Both the position numbers and the translations under genes were made by a program. From NCBI RefSeq assembly GCF_009914755.1, contig NC_060948.1: a stretch of 64,000 bases of DNA. One strand, 5' to 3'. This document shows, one piece after another, positions 60,067 to 64,000 of this stretch (positions are counted from its first letter, which is position 1; each line of letters starts with the position of its first letter). This stretch comes from the human T2T-CHM13v2.0 reference genome, Homo sapiens. The notes beneath the pieces were generated by a model. The model had not been told where the DNA came from, made no database searches, and saw nothing but the letters and a program-made list of their open reading frames with translations.

Positions 60067-63000
60067 ATGGACTCGTTTGGAATGGTCTAGTATGCAATGC
60101 AATCGACTGGCAGGGAATCAAAAGGAATGTAATCGAATGGATTGGACTGGAATGCAATGGACTCGAATAGATTGGAAACGGAAAGCAAAGGAATGGAATG
60201 GAATAGTATGGAATGGAATGGAAAGGAATGGAGTGGAATAGACTAGAGTGGAATGGAATGGACTGGAAAGCAATGGACTGGAATGGAACTTTCTTGAATG
60301 GACTGGAATCAAACGGAATGGAATGCAATGCAATCAAATGGCATGGAATAAAATAGAATGAAAGAGAATCAAATGGAATTGAATCGAATGGAATCGAATG
60401 GATTGGAAAGGAATAGAATGGAATGGAACGGAATTGACTCAAATGGAATGGACTAGAATGGAATGGATTCGAATGGAAGGCAAATGAATGGAATCTATTG
60501 GAATGGACTGTAATGGAATGGAATGGAAGGGATTGGAATGGACTCGAATGGAATGGACTGCAATAGAAAGGATTCGAATGGAATGAAAAAGAATTGAATG
60601 GAATAGAACAGAATGGAATCAAATCGAATGAAATGGAATGGAAGAGAAAGGAATGGAATGAAATGGAATGGAAAGGATTCGAATGGAATGCAATCGAATG
60701 GAATGGAATCGAACGGAATGGAATAAAATGGAAGAAAACTGGCAAGAAATGGAATCGAAAGGAATGGAGTGTTATGGAACGGACTCAAAAGGAATTGAAT
60801 GTAATAGAATGGAGTGGAGTGGACTCGAATATAATGGACTGGAATGGAATGAAATCACATGGAATGGGAACGAATGGAATGGAATGGAAAGGAATGGAAT
60901 CGAATGGAAAGGAATCGAATGGAAGGGAATGAAATTGAATCAACAGGAATGGAAGGGAGTAGAATAGACGGTAATGGAATGGACTCGAATAGAATGGACA
61001 CGAATGCTCAAATTGAATGGACTCGAATGGAATGGAAACGAAAGGAATGTCATCGAATGGAATTGAATCGATTGGAATGAAATCGCATAGAATGGAGTGG
61101 AATCAAATGGAATTGAATCGAAAGGAAAGGAAGCGAATGGACTGAAATGAAATGGAATGGAATTGAATGGAAAGTAATGCAATGGAATAGAATGGAACGA
61201 AATTTCACGGAATGGAATCAAACTGAATGGAATCAAATCAATGGAATATAATCAAATGGAATGGAAAGGAATTGAATGGAGTAGATTGGATTGGATGGGA
61301 TTGGAATGAAATGTACTGGAAAGGACTCGAAATTCATGAAACGGAATGGAATGAACTGGAACGGAATGGAATCGAATGGAATGGAATGTCATGGAATGGC
61401 ATCAAATGGAATGGAATCGAATGCGATGGAATGCTATGGAATGGAATGGAATGCATAGGAATGGAATGTCCTCTAATGGAATGTATTCGAGTGGAATGGA
61501 ATCGAATATAATGGAGTCTAATGAAATGGAATTGAAAGGAATGGGACCGAATACAATGGAATAAACTGGAATGTAATGTAATGAACTCGAATGTAATTGA
61601 CTGGAATGGAATGTACATGAATGGAATGTAATCGAATGGAAAGCAATCCAATGGAATAGAATCTAATGCAATAAAATCGACTCAAATAGAGTAGAATGTA
61701 ATGGAATGGAGTGCAGTGCAATGGAATGGAATGGAATGCAACGGAATGGAATGGAATGGAATGGAATGGGATGGAATGGTATGGAATGGATAGTAATGGA
61801 CTGGAGTGAAATGGACTGGAAAAGAATGGACTCAAATTGAAAGGGCTCGAAAGGAATGGAGTCAAATGGAATGGTCTGGAATGGAATGAACACGAATGTA
61901 ATGCAATCCAATAGAATGGAATCGAATGGCATGGAATATAAAGAAATGGAATCGAAGAGAATGGAAACAAATGGAATGGAATTGAATGGAATGGAATTGA
62001 ATGGAATGGGAACGAATGGAGTGAAATTGTATGCAGTAGAAGAGAATAGAATGGAATGCAAGCGAAAGGAAAGGAATGGATTGGAATGGAATGGAATTCA
62101 TTGGAATGGAAGGGAATGTAGTGTAATGGACAGGCCTGGAATAAAGTGGAATGCTACGGTCTCGAATGGAATAAAAATGTATGGAATGGAATGCAATGAA
62201 ACGGAATCGAATGTCATAGAATGTAATGGAATGCAAAAAAATGGACTCCAAAATCATTGACTGGAAAGGCTGGGTGTCGAAAGGAATTGACTCCAATGGA
62301 ATGGAATCGAATGGAATGGAAGTGAATAGAATCGAACTAAATCGAATGGAATGGAATTGATAGGAACGGAATGGAAAGGAATGCAATGATTTGGCATGGA
62401 ATGGAATCGAAAGGCATCGAATGGAATGGAATGGAATGCAATGGAATGGAATGTATTAGAATGTAATGAACATTAATGGAAAGTACTCGAATGGATTCGA
62501 CTGGAATGGAATGTTCTGGAAGTGAATGGACTCCAATGGAATGGATTCGAAAGGAATGGAATCGAACGGAATGGAATTAAACGGAAATGAATCAAATAGA
62601 ATAGAACGGAATTGAATTGAATGGAATCGAATGCAATGGAATCTAATGAAACGGAAAGGAATGGAATGGAATGGGCTGGAATGGAATGGAATCGAAACGA
62701 ATGGAATGGAATCGAACTGAAGAGACTGGAATGGAATGCACTGGAATGGAAGGGAATGTAATGGAAGGTTCTCGAAAAAAATGGAATCGAAAGGAATGGA
62801 ATTGAATGGAACGGAATAGAGTCGAATGGAATTCAATGGAATGGAATGGACTAGAGTGAAATGGAATCGAACCACAAGGAATGGACAGGAATAGAATGGT
62901 CTCGAATTGAATGGAATCGTATGGAATGGCATCAAACGGAATGGAATGGACGGCCACGGAATGGAATGCACTCGAATGCAATGGAGTCGAAACTAATGGA

Positions 63001-63580
63001 CTGGAATAGAATGGACTCGACTGGTACGGACTCCAATGGAATGGAATCGAATGGAAGGGAATCGAACGGAAGGGAATCGAACGGAATGGACTCGAAGGGA
63101 AAAGACTGCAATGGAAAGGTCTCGAATGGAATGGAAATTAATGGAATGGAATGGAATCGAATGAAATGGAGTCAAAAGGAATGGAATCGAATGGCAAGAA
63201 ATCGAATGTAATGGAATCGCAAGGAATTGATGTGAACGGAACGGAATGGAATGGAATCCAAAGGAATGGAATAGAATGGAATGGAATCGAATGGAAAGGA
63301 CTCGAATGGAAATCACTCGAATAGAATGCAATTTAATAAAATAGGATCAAATGTAATGGAATGGAATGGAAAGGAATCGAAACGAAAGGAATGGAGACAG
63401 ATGGAATGGAATGGAACAGAGAGCAATGGTATAGAATGGAATGGAATCATCTGGAATGGAATTGAATGGAATGGAATAATATGAAATGGAATGGAATGGA
63501 ATGGAATGTCCTTGAATTAAATGGACTGGAATGGAATGGACTCGAACAGAGTGGAATGGAAAGTGTTGAAATAGCATGGA
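60067..63580 (+). repeat. DYZ1 unit 11 (3514 bp, class D in its first ~2.2 kb)
   Basis: Same markers as unit 10 up to ~62.25 kb. Confidence 0.92.
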
Positions 63581-64000
63581 ATGGACTCGTTTGGAATGGT
63601 GTAGTATGCAATGCAATCGACTGGCAGGGAATCAAAAGGAATGTAATCGAATGGATTGGACTGGAATGCAATGGACTCGAATAGATTGGAAACGGAATGC
63701 AAAGGAATGGAATGGAATAGTATGGAAAGGAATGGAAAGGAATGGAGTGGAATAGACTAGAGTGGAATGGAATGGACTCGAAAGCAATGGACTGGAATGG
63801 AACTTTCTTGAATGGACTGGAATCAAACGGAATGGAATGCAATGCAATCAAATGGCATGGAATAAAATAGAATGAAAGAGAATCAAACGGAATTGAATCG
63901 AATGGAATCGAATGGATTGGAAAGGAATAGAATGGAATGGAATGGAATTGACTCAAATGGAATGGACTAGAATGGAATGGATTCGAATGGAAGGCAAAGG
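63581..64000 (+). repeat. DYZ1 unit 12 (partial, runs off window)
   Basis: Landmark at 63581. Confidence 0.9.

Larger units (their letters stand above)
25445..64000 (+). repeat. DYZ1: DYZ1 / HSat3 (satellite III) array of degenerate (GGAAT)n with ~3.5-3.57-kb unit
   Basis: GGAAT pentamers run throughout. The landmark ggacaGGCCtggaataaagtgg recurs at 30310, 33859, 37393, 40962, 44501, 48044, 51568, 55105, 58619, 62133 (spacings 3549, 3534, 3569, 3539, 3543, 3524, 3537, 3514, 3514). This fits the classical '3.4-kb' HaeIII/EcoRI Y repeat of about 3.56 kb. Confidence 0.97.

Noticed and set aside
25496-63956. Hundreds of MEWNG.../FHSIP... ORFs up to 275 aa
   Set aside because: These are the direct translation of (GGAAT)n and (ATTCC)n, which lack stop codons in pure form; overlapping frames on both strands; low complexity.
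25445-64000. HSat2, an inversion, or a young TE insertion within the GGAAT array
   Set aside because: HSat2's CATTCGATTC/ATCAT periodic signature is not dominant; GGAAT stays on the + strand throughout and all units are colinear with no foreign insert seen.

Overview
This window is non-coding satellite heterochromatin. It matches the human Y chromosome Yq12 block at a boundary between its two alternating arrays (recognised from sequence and unit sizes; no database search was run). Bases 1-25445 are a tandem array of the ~2.42-kb DYZ2/HSat1B composite: ~1.55 kb AT-rich tract, an antisense decayed Alu and ~570 bp of HSATI-type sequence. There are 10 Alu-bearing copies plus one internally deleted copy. 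Bases 25445-64000 are a tandem array of the ~3.5-3.57-kb DYZ1/HSat3 unit built from degenerate GGAAT pentamers (11 units plus a partial). No credible gene is present: all listed ORFs are translations of (GGAAT)n, (TA)n or the repeated HSATI segment. I found no new protein-coding system. The structure worth following up is: three in-register perfect heat-shock elements per DYZ1 unit, a linker-free junction, degraded and rearranged units on both sides of it, an apparent gene-conversion patch, and recent monomer and dimer duplications inside both arrays.
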